Source: Lama glama (Eukaryota). Taken from it: a stretch of 64,000 nucleotides of DNA. Positions 38,751 through 51,459 of this stretch are shown here, piece by piece. Location of the stretch: NCBI GenBank assembly GCA_028534125.1, contig CM052832.1:12402001-12466000 (forward strand). The letters are read 5' to 3'. Every line of letters begins with the position of its first letter. Within the stretch, counting starts at the first letter, position 1. Made by a program: the position numbers and the translations under genes. The notes beneath the pieces are model-generated. The model did no database searches. It was not told the origin of the DNA and saw nothing but the letters and a program-made list of their open reading frames with translations.

Positions 38751-41700
38751 CACGTTTCCTGTTAAAATACAAATGCCTCTGGAAGATGTGGTTATCAATT
38801 ACACTCTAGGGATATCAGCACAATGTCTAAAACAGTAGGTACTCAATAAAGACTTGTTAGGTGGATGACAAGATCTGAGATTAAAGTGTAATTAGGGTGT
38901 TAAAAGAAACCAGAAGAACAAAAGGCACACTTCACACAACTTCACAATTTCATAGAGATCTATCTGCCTCTCCTATCCTGTTTATCTCTTCTAAATTCTT
39001 TTCCCTATTCCCCTTTTTCCTTCCACAGCTGCTTATGCTTTGCTCTGCTGGTGGCATTAACAGCTCAAGTGATAACATCAACCTAAACTTTTCTGATGAT
39101 TTCTTTTTTAACTTTGAAAATTAAAGTGTTAGAAATAAGGTGTTTTTTTAAAAAAAAAGTGTCAAATAAACTCTTAAGATTTTCTTTGGGACAGAACTGT
39201 TATATTCATGTATCTTCCAACCACCACTTCGCTATTCCTCATCTCATCTAGGTTCTTAATATATAACTATTTGTAAAACTGGGTGTAATTACAAAGAAAT
39301 TTTTCAATTTTTATTTTACAAAAGGATTCCCTTGGGTAGCCCATTCCTCTAGTGCCTCACAAATGCCTGGTGCTCAATAAATACTCGTCCTCTAGCTTAT
39401 GGATCTTTATTTACAAAGATAAAAGAAGCTGAGGGAAATAAACTAAAGGACTGTAAGTTCTAAAAACAACTGAACAATTAATTATAAATGAACAGTTCCT
39501 TTTAAATTTTTGCAGACAATTTCCACATTCAACTTGAGATTATGCTACAAAGAAAAGCACAAATGCTGCATCAGCCCCATGAACGTCCGACACACACAGC
39601 AATGTCCTCTCTGAAAACCAGCAGGCCAAGTCCTGGGCACTTCACATTCTCCAAAGGGAAATATGCTGACAGCAACTGTAAGTGTCTCACTGCCTTAGAC
39701 AGGCGTGGCTGGATCTTGCCCTAAACTCCAAAAGAACAGCTCACTCTCATACACCGGAGTCATGCTGGAAACCTGGATTCTGGGATGTGGAAGTTCATTA
39801 GGCTTCAAAACAAGTTTCACACAAATCATTCTTTAAGTCAAAGTTTTTCCCAACTTACCATCAGCAGTACATCCAGAATACCACTGCTTTGTTCAAATTA
39901 TTTAGTCAAATAACAATTTAAAGGTTGCCAGAAAGTAAAATCTCTACAACTTACCATCAACTAAAGAGCCCATTAGGGAGTGGCTGGTATTCAAACTTCT
40001 AGTTTGCTCTCTGACACCAACTTGGGGAATGTGGAAACTAAGATTGCATATGTCTGATCCTCCCTTCTAATCCATGGTTCTGCCACTAATAATCCACTTC
40101 TGCTTCTCAAATATAATGGGAGGCCTAGACAGCTTTACCTTAAAAGCCCTTAACACTCCGTTCATCAGATTCAATTTTAGTTTTCAGTTTCTTTTTCAGC
40201 AGTTCTAACTAATTGTAAGGATTGATACTTACTATCTTTATTCTTAGAGTCATAGAAAGAAATTCTATGCTCTATCTTGCAATTACCATATTGGTCGACT
40301 GGACCCATTTTATAAATCTAAGATACATTATAGGAGCTTAGAGACCTTATTTTTCCAATATCTGGAAACATTTTGCCATTTTGTCATCCTGGGGAGTATT
40401 CTACCATTATTCATCAATTATATCTAACTATGCCTTAAAATAGACTACAATAATAAGAAAAAGGAAAAATAATGGAATTGTCTACATTGAAGGATGATGT
40501 AACAGTGAAATAAATCATATTCTTCAGTTTCTCACTGCATTGTACAAGGCATTTGCATTATCTTTCAAGAAGAAATAAAAGAAGACTGGAAACACCATCT
40601 TTGTAGACAGCTTTTAGCTTCCAATGAATACAGCTCAGAATTCAGAATTTTTCATTTTCTGCCCAGGATGGCAAAAGAATATTAACAGAGGAAGATGGTT
40701 CACAATTATTAGACAAATCAGATGAATGCAAGAGACAGAAAGCAGCACAGCACTCTTGACTCTAAGAATACATTCCTAGAGATAAAAAGAAAGTATGTTA
40801 GTCATTTATCAGGAAGGACACTGTCACACATTATTTTGCAAAAAGATGTAGACCATTCTATTCTGTAAAAAGTACTTGTGATGGTATTTTTGTCTTTTAT
40901 GATTTTTTTTGCATGACAAAATTTACTTGATACAAAGAGGTTTGCTACATTTAAACTGTAATTAAAATTCTTAAAAGTTTTTCACTGTCCTTTTATTCTT
41001 ACTTCTGTACGTTATTCATAAAAATGACTTAAAAAATAAGAAACATGAATACCCACTGAACCCAGGTGATAAATGGTGATTATTTTTCCAACTTATCTCC
41101 TCATCCTGCTCGCCACACTTACCCTCTTGAAGGTTGCTACACTCCTTACATCTTTTACAAATACAAAAAATTATATAATAGGCTAAATTTTTATTATACA
41201 ACTCATGGTGACTCTCTACAAAAAAAAGTTTTAATTATTTATGTTACCTTTTTATATATTTATATTGCATATAAATATGTATTTTATAAAATTTAAATAT
41301 TTTAACTATATTTCACAGCTTGCTTCTTTTGTTCAAAAATATAAATACTTAAAAATAAATTAAAATTTACCTTTTGGTTTAAATAATTACTATAGGACTC
41401 CTACTGTAACAATTAGCATTCCAGATTATCTACCCAACCATGACCAAAAATCACCAAAATACCCTGAGATCTCATTACAAAGGTCACAGACATGATATAC
41501 CTGCTCCCACATGGGTAAAAATAACTTTTAAAAAATTCACAGAAAAGCATCATTTAGTCTTAATTTGAAACAATGATAATAGCTCTTTTTACTCCTGAGT
41601 CCTGATTATGGCACTACCTTGATTTACAAGTGTTAGCCTCATCATGTGATTTTTAAGTGCCCCTAAATTCTTGGAATAAATATGTTATTCCCATGAACAT

Positions 41701-42696
41701 AAGATAATAGGATTCTAAATTAATCCAAATTCTTCTACCTATACATTTAATACTACCAGTATTTTTTTCAGCCTTTAGGCTGGAAGCACTCACAAGGTGT
41801 GGTCTTAGGCCCCTAATTTTCTTATTTCTCTCTTTGGAAAAGTCTTACGTACTTTAAATTTACGACCTTCCTTTGCTTTATTATCCTTGTGCCCTTAGAC
41901 ATATATTCCAATTGTGCTTTTTGTGCACAAGAACAAGTAGAAAGCAAAGAAATAAATTCATGTTATAATTTTTCCAGGAGGATTCTACTTTACCAAGCAA
42001 GGTACTGCTTACCCTACAATTAATTTTAATATTGTAGCAGGGAAGATTTTTTCCTTTATGTTTTAATCTAGGGACAAGAACAAATCCAGTAATAGAACGT
42101 CAACATTAATTTGAGGGGAGATGAAAAATGACTTAATAACACTGCAGCAGGATTAATATTGTACGATAGATCATGGAGCCATAAAACTCTTGACAAACTC
42201 ATTTTTGTATCACTGTATATTCTTGCTAATAGGGCAGGGCATATCTGAAAAGCCGTTAATACCTTACTACACAAACGCCGATCAAATTGCACTGCAAGGG
42301 ATGTATTTTGTAGAAGATGGGAGAAAAGAGAATTGTCCTCACCCTTCTGCAGCTTGCATTTAAACGCAACATGAAGAAGAATAAAGGCAGAGTGATTTCA
42401 AGCAGGAAACTAACGCTTGCCTGAAATCAAATGGTACAATTCAGAAAATGAGTTGATGGTTACCAGAAAATCTGCTTCCACTTCAAGACCCTCTAGCTGA
42501 GGAATTAAGAGTGGAAAACAGATCAGCAAATGACACAAGACAGATTTTACCCCAAACAGCTATCAAAACCACATGCCAAGCCAAAAGACCAGATAGGAGA
42601 ACACCAGTTTGATACAAAAGAAGGTACCAGGTCCTTAAAACAAAACAAAACATAAGCAAAGAGAAGCTATCATATGTTTACATTAAAAATAACTTC

Positions 42697-43178
42697 TGCT
42701 TCCGGCCAAGATGGACTAACAGGAGTTGAATTTATTCTCCTCCCTCAAACAACTAAAACCAACCCCTCCACCCAAATACATGAGACAATAGTGTTCAAGA
42801 CTGGTCTGGCAAAAAAGGACAGTGATTCTTGAGATAAAGGAAACAAAGGACACAAGCCCTATTACTATCTCAGCTTACTGCCTTGGAGTTTCCAAGCCAC
42901 AGAAGTGAAATAAAATGCCACAGTAGCACTGGCTTTAGAGGCATGTAACCTGTGCAACTGCAGTTTAGGAGAGACCTGTGCTTAGTTTAATGCTCTGCTG
43001 CTGCCATCTTGAAATTCTAAATAGTTTTTGGATAAAAGGCCCACATTGTCATCTTACACTGGGCCTTGCAAATTGTATAGTGGGACCTGCCCAGCAGATG
43101 CCCTGAGCTATGGAAATGAGATGAGTCTTGTGATCTAGAGTTCACAGGACAGAATAACAGAGTACAGGTCAACACATG
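42697..43178 (+). mobile_element. Old L1M 5' end, interrupted by MER45A and cut by the gap
   Basis: Starts 'gcttccggccaagatggactaacagga'. 'aggacagtgattcttgaga...cagcttactgccttggagtttcca' is typical of L1M 5'UTRs. Confidence 0.7.
42924..43089. mobile_element. MER45A hAT-Tip100 MITE
   Basis: 'gtttaatgctctgctgctgccatcttgaaattct...cactgggccttgcaaattgtatag'. Confidence 0.8.
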
Positions 43179-43678
43179 NNNNNNNNNNNNNNNNNNNNNN
43201 NNNNNNNNNNNNNNNNNNNNNNNNNNNNNNNNNNNNNNNNNNNNNNNNNNNNNNNNNNNNNNNNNNNNNNNNNNNNNNNNNNNNNNNNNNNNNNNNNNNN
43301 NNNNNNNNNNNNNNNNNNNNNNNNNNNNNNNNNNNNNNNNNNNNNNNNNNNNNNNNNNNNNNNNNNNNNNNNNNNNNNNNNNNNNNNNNNNNNNNNNNNN
43401 NNNNNNNNNNNNNNNNNNNNNNNNNNNNNNNNNNNNNNNNNNNNNNNNNNNNNNNNNNNNNNNNNNNNNNNNNNNNNNNNNNNNNNNNNNNNNNNNNNNN
43501 NNNNNNNNNNNNNNNNNNNNNNNNNNNNNNNNNNNNNNNNNNNNNNNNNNNNNNNNNNNNNNNNNNNNNNNNNNNNNNNNNNNNNNNNNNNNNNNNNNNN
43601 NNNNNNNNNNNNNNNNNNNNNNNNNNNNNNNNNNNNNNNNNNNNNNNNNNNNNNNNNNNNNNNNNNNNNNNNNNNNNN
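43179..43678. other. Assembly gap, exactly 500 N
   Basis: Directly visible. Confidence 1.
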
Positions 43679-43971
43679 ATAAGTGCAAAACAGAAACAGA
43701 CTCATAAACATAGAATACAAACTTGTGGTTGCCAAGGGGGCAGGGAGTGGGTAGGGACAGACTGGGATTTCAAAATTGTAGAACAGATAAACAAGATTAT
43801 ACTGTATAGCACAGGGAAATATATACAAGATTTTACGGTAGCTCACAGCGAAAAACAATGTGACAATGAATGTATGTATGTTCATGTATAAATGAAAAAT
43901 TGTGCTGTACACTGGAATTTGATACAACATTGTAAAATGACTATAACTCAATTAAAAATGTTAAAAAAAAA
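43679..43971 (+). mobile_element. Young camelid-type L1 3'UTR with A tail
   Basis: 'cagaaacagactcataaacatagaatacaaacttgtggttgccaagggg...caacattgtaaaatgactataactcaattaaaaatgttaaaaaaaaa'. Confidence 0.9.
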
Positions 43972-44894
43972 GTGATGCCTTGTAGGAATGAAGGGCTGCA
44001 AATATTTTTTGTAGGACATGATTTCTAGTGGCAATCACTTCCATTCTTTGTAATTGATAATAAATTGAATATGACTCAAAAAAAAAAAGAATGAAGTATG
44101 CAGATGAAAATGTGATGAGATAGCTCACCAGTTCATGGCTAACTGGCTGGTTTCTTGGTGCAAGTATGCCTCACTTCATCCAATACATGATCAAAATTGT
44201 TTCTGTACATGGAATTCTAGTTTCCCATTGGTTAACACAGTTTCATTTCCAACCGACCTTCAGTTGATGAACTGTGTAACTTAAGGTTAATGACATTAAA
44301 GGTGCTGGTTAGAGGAAACTGTTAAGACTAGCCTGAAAAGCAAGAATACTGTTGTGATGCGAAAAATTACTCCCAAATTTACCTACATAGGAAATTTTGT
44401 TAAGCAAAGAATACTTGTAACCAGAAAAATTTTCAAAAACAATAAGCAATGAAGGTAAAGGTGACAGGTATGAGAAGTAACCAAAAGAAGAATTATTTGT
44501 TGTAAAAAGGCAAAAGCTGCTATTTCCATTTCCAAGTCCAGAAATTTTAAGTAAAGCAAGTATCGATTATTTTCCTACAGACAGGTGCAATAATCTCTCT
44601 TGAGATAGGAAATTAATCTAACCTATAGCACAATATAATGACCACTGTATTGCTCATTTAAGATTATAGTAAATGCTTTACTAAGCAGATGGGAAAGAAC
44701 ATTTCAGAAGTTCTCCAATATAAAATTTGGGAATAGTGAAAGATAGTCCTTAATTTATTCTATAGAAAAGAGTAACTCTAGGTAGTATTTAGGTCTTCGG
44801 CTTCAAGAAAATCCCAGTAGGATCACTTTCTTTCAGAATCTCCAACTTAGGTAACTCAATATAATATTCCAGAACTGTGCTAATGCAAAGTACA

Positions 44895-45075
44895 TCAGAA
44901 CAGAACTGTGCTATCACATGTAGCTATTTAAATAAAATGGAAAAATTCAGCTTCTCAGTCTTACTCGGCACATTTCAAGTGCTCAATAACCACATGTGGG
45001 TACTGGCTACTGCAGTAGACAGCACAGTATAGAACATTCCCATCATCACAGGTATTTTTATTGAACAGTGCTATT
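44895..45075. mobile_element. MER3 hAT-Charlie MITE
   Basis: 'cacatttcaagtgctcaataaccacatgtgg...tagaacattcccatcatcacag...tattgaacagtgcta'. Confidence 0.85.
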
Positions 45076-48000
45076 TCAGAGTGACCATGTTCAGCGTGAG
45101 ATGGTGGTTCTCCTTCACAAACTCTTTAGTCCTTTAGGTAAATGTGATTTCATCTTTATGAAAATGATATTTTCATTAAAAAATACAGTTTTATGAATCC
45201 ATTCTCTTTAAAGTCCAGGAATGAATGGGATGAAATTAGCTCTAGACGCCAACAACCTAGAATGTAGCACAGATTTTTTTCTTCCCCCTTTACCGTCGGT
45301 GTACTTAACTACTATGGAAAGTGCCATCAATAATCTGTGGCACTCAAGTTGTTTTACCCATTTGGAACATTTGAAGGCTGACAGAGAGGAAGATCATGAC
45401 AGCTTTATCAAACCAGCAACTCAGGAACTGAGACAAAGTAGTCAAGCAATTGAAAGCCACAGATATAGACAATCTAATGACTAGACAAATGAATTCAGGG
45501 GAGGGAAGTGCCAACAAAACTCAGTTAAGTGCAAAGGTTTTTCAAATAAACTATCAGCTTATTAACAGATATAAATGTTGGTAAATTGTATGAATATTTC
45601 AGGTTCATTTTGGTTTAAGTGGAATCTTCATTGTAGTGATACATTACTGACTTCACAGCACCTGCCTTCCAGTTGACTGCTAACAAAACCTCTCTAATCC
45701 CAGTTTGCAGCCAATAGTGGAGTTTAATATATCACTCACTTCTTTCACTTAAGTCCCTTCTGTCAAAATAAAATCTTTCCCAAGTGTCATACATAATTTA
45801 GTAAAGGCCAAAAAGCATACAAAGGAAAGGGAGAGCATAGGACCTGTTCCCAACTACCAACCCACTGATAACATAACTCCATTCAAATCAAATAACAGCT
45901 ACTGTGACACTAAGAGCTATCCTTTGATGTTTCAAATCATATTTTGTTAAGTCCTAACTTTATCGATCTTCAAAATGAACACCCTTACAATTCCATGTAA
46001 GTGCAAGGGTCCATAAAGGGCTAGGCAGTCACACTTGTTATTCCACAATATATTTAATGTACATCAGACATCTAGGGATGTATTTTCATCAATAAAAGAA
46101 TCATTGATTATTTCTGAAGCCTTACAGCGGCAAGTATAAACTTCAAACAGTTAACAAAATGAAAAGACTGGTTTGATAAACTGATGCTCCAAGAGTGAGG
46201 TTCACGCGCTGAACCTAGCTTTATGTGGGTCCACTGTGTGCAGCTCAAAGAGCAGGTGATGCCTAAGTCACTGTGAAAAAAAAATTTTTTTTTCATAAGG
46301 TACTGCACTGAGTGAGGTGTAATAGCTGGGTCCTACCAAGCCAAGTAAATTGCTAACGGGTTAAAAAATAGGGAAGTAGTTTAACCTAAAGGAAGGGAGC
46401 AGGAGAAAACCTCAATGCACGCAACCATTTTTTCCTTCCCTCCTATGCATCCAAAAATAGTTTGGGGAAACCACTAACAGGACAACAAATATCAGCTAGA
46501 GGAATGTGATACAAAAGCAATATGAAACCTTTGTTTCTCCTATTAAGCCAAAGGGAAAATAATGCAAATATGAAAAGCAAACATTGTTGCTTCTTAAGTA
46601 AACCTCAGAAGTAAATGTGAGGCTGCTGATTAAAATGAATCAAGAGTCAATTCAGTGATGTTAGAACTAACCAACATGAGGAAGTGTGCCCCAAAACTTC
46701 ATCCAGCCAGTAGCAACAAATTTAGAATGTGTTCATATGTCACTCAGAAGGCAGTCAAATCAGTAAGTATCAAAAGCAAAAACTTAATCTGCATTAGTGA
46801 GATCTGGCCAATCTACAATCCACTCCTTCACACAGATACAGAGAACACCATCTCCTTCATTCACAAAATGTACTTGGTTGCATACAGACACAAACCTGTT
46901 AATTAATTACAATAACTGAGGGCCGGGCACTAGACAGTGTAGAAAAAAGTCACATAAGACTAGAATGTGGGTTCAACAATAACAATAACTGTAAAAGTAC
47001 TCTGCTTTGTGTAAAGTATCTGTTCGGAGAGAAAGGCTGAAATATATTCCCGATCTGGCATCACTCAGATCTCTGTGAAAAATCACCTTTATCAAAAACC
47101 ACATCACCAATCTAAATGTTCAATGTGGATCCTCACAGAAAGACTGAGGAGGAAAAAATCAGAGTCTTAAATCAAGGCATATTTAGTCTTTTCTTGATCA
47201 TTGGGAGCTCCCATTACTGCTGATATTTGAGTCAAGACTTTGAATTTACTGGATCCTGGTTCTCAGTGATAGGGCAGTAGGTTATTTTGCCACAGAACCA
47301 AATTCTGTCAACACTCAGTCACTGGAATGGGTAATTCTAACCTCTCAGTACACCAGAAAAAAAACTGGCTGGAATCTTAGCATGCACAACTTTTGGTGAC
47401 TTAATTATTACATAATTTTAAACTTTCAAAAAACTTCAAGCATGGTACAAGGAATTGCCATATACCTTTTACCCAGATTCATCAGGTGCTCATTTTCTTG
47501 ACATGGAAAATCTGATAAATTTATTATCTCTGACCTATGTTTTTCCCTTCCAGAAATCACTTTACATTCTAACAAGTCCTCTAATTTCTCTCACTTTAAT
47601 GACACTAAATCAATTCAGTAACCACAAGGGTATCTGATTGTTTCTGAGAGATAAACACTCAGCAAGAACTAACTAAGCAGGGTTCCCATCAAAGCAACAG
47701 TTTTCCCTCAGACACCAGCCCAAATTACTGAATTCAGGTAGGAGAGGGATAGAAAAAAATTATGAATTAATTGGAGCAAATTTTATTAACCTCTAGACTA
47801 ATTTTTCCTAATATGTTAAGTTTTTCTTAGTAACTCATTACTCTGATATTGTATATCTGAGTCACCAATTGCCTTTCTCTTGCTTAAAAAACAAAACAAA
47901 AACAAACAAAAAACCTAAAACAAAAACTTTGGAATAGCTTACAGTTTGGTTAATTGCCCTGAATTACATCTTTAAGAATTTTAGGGGTGGGATTTCACAA

Positions 48001-48959
48001 TATCCCCAAATTGCCAAGTACACTCTCGGGTGTTTAAAAAACAGAGTTAGAGTAAGTTTTCTTTTTTATCAGTCTGGTCTGATGAGAAAAAAACAAGAAA
48101 GCATGTGGTCCTGGAATGAGCATAATCTAGAGCAGTGTGTCACCTTACTCATTCACTGTTGCAGTTGTTACTGTTAAAAGATTTTTGAAACCTCCCTCTT
48201 AGTAACTGCTAGCCATCCTTCCTGCTCATTTTCCCCACAGAACAAATACAACTGTCACCGCACCCACCTCACATTAACGCCAGCTTCAAGCCTCCTACTG
48301 ATCCTCTGTCAGACTATCTGCTCTTTCATCTTTCCAAAGAAGAGTCTCTACATCTAGTTCTCCCCAAGCTAAGTATCCAACCTGTTTGGGTTGTTGAATG
48401 CACCCTGCCAATGGTTAGGCCTACCCCAATTAGTAGCTACAGAGAAGACTCTTTTTTTTTTTCATCCATTCTAAGCCTTCTTGCCCACCCAGGAATCTAC
48501 TGCATTCTACATCCTCTGCATAACAGTAAAACTTGTTTTGCTTTAGTCTCTAATGAGACTTCTACAGACATTCCATTAAGCCCCAATTTCTTGTCAAAGA
48601 AACAATTCTAGTTCTGTGATAACTCACAGAAAACAAATTACTGACCCAGGCTGATCCCAGGAAGTTTCATTTTTCAGCTCCAACGTTCCCAACTTAGGTA
48701 TTTTAGTTGGCGCTCTCCTATCAGCAGGACAACCATTTTAGAGAACTCTTAACGTTGCAGTTTATAAGTAGTAGCAAAAACACCAAAGTAAGAGGACTGA
48801 GATAGCATAATAGAGTCATTATGAAAATTCACTTGGGAGGCCACGTTGGAATGATGATATGGAAATGTGTGGGAGAGAAGGAAAGTAGGGGAATGTGTGG
48901 GATGGGAAGTCAGAGTTCAAGAAAGAAAAGCAGTGCATCCATGCAGAGGAGGAGCTACT

Positions 48960-50195
48960 GACAAGACAGAGTCTGGTAATATACAGGGGGATTATAAATA
49001 TATCGAGAAAATATATTAAAGGACACTTAGTAAATATATTAAGGACAATGGAGGCCAGATTTCTCATTGTAAAAGAATGGCATTACAAAACAAGAAAGAA
49101 AGAAAACTAGAATGAATCCTGTAGTGTTAGACTGGAATTGGAGTTAATATGAATTCATGATTTTCAATATACTTGAAGATATAAATAAACATAGAGGTTA
49201 AAATATATCTGTATCCACTGACAGGGTCTAGGAGCAACACCACCCCAATAGCAACAATTATGCCCACTAATCACCGAAATCTTGGCTTCTACTGTTTTCC
49301 ACTTAAAAGAATCAATCTTCCTTTGAGAAATGACTGTTTCCAGGACTGGAGCAGGGAAAATATGAGATGAGCCTAGAACATCATCTTGTGCCAGAAAGAA
49401 AGAAAACACTCAAAAAATATTTTGTCAGGGGACATGTCAAAAAAGGCAAAGAAGTCAGCCCGAAGGGGCTCTCACTGGCTAAATCTGGGACAACGTGGGC
49501 ATCAAAATACATGATGGTAGTAACAGATTACAACCCTCTGAATAAAACAGGAAAACATGAGTCCATACAGACACAAATTAACGAACAAGTGAATAGTACC
49601 ATGGAGATGGAATATTTACCTAGTTAAAAGGACCTTCCCACATAACCTTTATTAATTACAGAGAGAAGAGTAATTTCACAGTAATGAAGCCCAGCAGACA
49701 ATGCATCAATAAAGCAGTAAAAGTAGTCACCATTAGCAATGGATCTAACTGAAACTGCATGTGACGGTACGATGAGAAACACATCACTTATGTGATATTC
49801 CTCCAAAAGTACATAACTTGAATCATGAAGAAATAACAGATAAAATAAAATCAAATGACATTCTACAAAATAACTGCCTTGTAATCTCCAAAAGTGCCAA
49901 ATTCACAAAGTCAGGAAAAGACTGAGGAACCATTCCACAAGGAAATAAAAGGACATGATGGGGATACAGGATATAGAAGACATCATTGGGGCGACTAGAA
50001 ACATGAATGCAGTCTAAGGATTAGATAATAGCAATGTATCAATGTTAATTTCCTGAATCTGATCACTGTACTTTAGTTATGTATAAAAATTCTTTTTTAG
50101 AAAATAAACACTAAAATATTTGGAAGTGACAGAGCAACAGGTCAGCAACTTACTGTCATATGGTTCCATAAGTCATCTGTGATTTTTTTTCTAAG
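48960..50195 (+). mobile_element. L1MC-like 3' region
   Basis: 'gaaatgactgtttccaggactggagcagggaaaatatgagatgagcctagaacatcatcttgtgccagaaa', 'caatgtatcaatgttaatttcctga'. Confidence 0.85.
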
Positions 50196-50209
50196 TGAAA
50201 AAAGAAAAC

Positions 50210-50425
50210 CCACGTAGGAATCTGGGAAACCTAGTTTCAAAATGAGGTTCAGCCACTTAAAAATTACAAGACTTCACACAAACTGCTTAATCTCTCTAAA
50301 CCTTGTTTGCTCATGTAATAATGGGGATCAATCTCATGATCTATGGTGAGAATAAAGTGAGATATGTTTATAAAACACCTTAGCACAATACCTGGCATTT
50401 AGCATGTGTTTGCTGACGGTTGTAC
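50210..50425 (+). mobile_element. MIR SINE
   Basis: 'gcttaatctctctaaaccttgtttgctcatgtaataatgggga...gtgagaataaagtgagat...cttagcacaatacctggca'. Confidence 0.8.
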
Positions 50426-50542
50426 TTTCCCTGAAGATAAAATCTGACAATGCTTGGTTTCCCATAAAATACTTGGACAAGAATACTGAATCCTGGCTGC
50501 ATCTAGCATTTTGCAGACTTTGGATCATCAACCATGGCTGTT

Positions 50543-50588
50543 ATTTGTAAAATTTGCTGGTTGTAATTTGTAAAATCTGCTGGTTGTA
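50543..50588. repeat. 23-bp tandem duplication with one mismatch
   Basis: ATTTGTAAAATTTGCTGGTTGTA followed by ATTTGTAAAATCTGCTGGTTGTA. Confidence 0.9.
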
Positions 50589-51138
50589 ACTCTATATCAC
50601 AGATGCAAAGTCTATCACTGCCTTTGCACAGAAGGAAAACACAAACACCAAGCCCCTCTATGGTTCACCATTTGTTCACAAGTATGCAATCTGGTTTCAG
50701 GTTGTGCTTTAGGGAATCCGTAAGTTATTTTTCTTGACCACACAGCCTGTGACTGATTCATCTCAGCCCACAAGGCAGCGTTACACAGATTCCTACTCTC
50801 ATTCACTTAGCAGAACTGATTTGTCTAAGACAATGCATGCTTATCTGGACTTCAGTGAGAGGAGTGTTCTTATTTTTAAACTGAAGAGCAACTAGAGGAG
50901 AAATGCATAGCTCAAAGAAAAAAAATTAAAACTCCATTACCTGGAAATAAGTGGAATAACAATCATATAAGGAAGGTGTTCCAGAGGCCTCCAATGTCCC
51001 TCATACACTGTCCAGGTCAAGAAATGGACCTGAACCACTAGATATTAAACATTGTAAAAATGGTTCTATTTTGCTCCCTAACTACATGTTAGTGCACAGG
51101 TACTCTGCCTTCTATGAGATTCTCCACACACACTAAGA

Positions 51139-51430
51139 CAGTGCTATTCAAAGTATGATCCATGAACCACTGCCACTCTGCAAAGTATTCATAATCTATA
51201 ATGAGATAAGCAGATTCTAAGGTAAGAATCTGGAAATTTTTTAAATAACTTGACAGAATAACTCTGCCTATTGAACACAACAAAATATAATAAAAACAGG
51301 ACTTACATTCTATGCCTTTATTGTTGGTTTTTTAATCTTGTAATTCATTTTTGTTTTTCAAAAATATTGGATAGTGACAGGTTGTGGGAAAAAAACTGGT
51401 CTTTCACCATAATTCAAAAAGAAACACACT
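51139..51430. mobile_element. hAT-Charlie element (Charlie18a-like)
   Basis: 'cagtgctattcaaagtatgatccatgaacc...gagataag...gtaattcattttt...aaaaactggtctttcacca'. Confidence 0.7.
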
Positions 51431-51459
51431 AAGATTTTCATATCCTAAGTTTATATACA

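Noticed and set aside
43017..43951. Long ORFs of 168-260 aa
   Set aside because: Artefacts of translating through the 500-N gap
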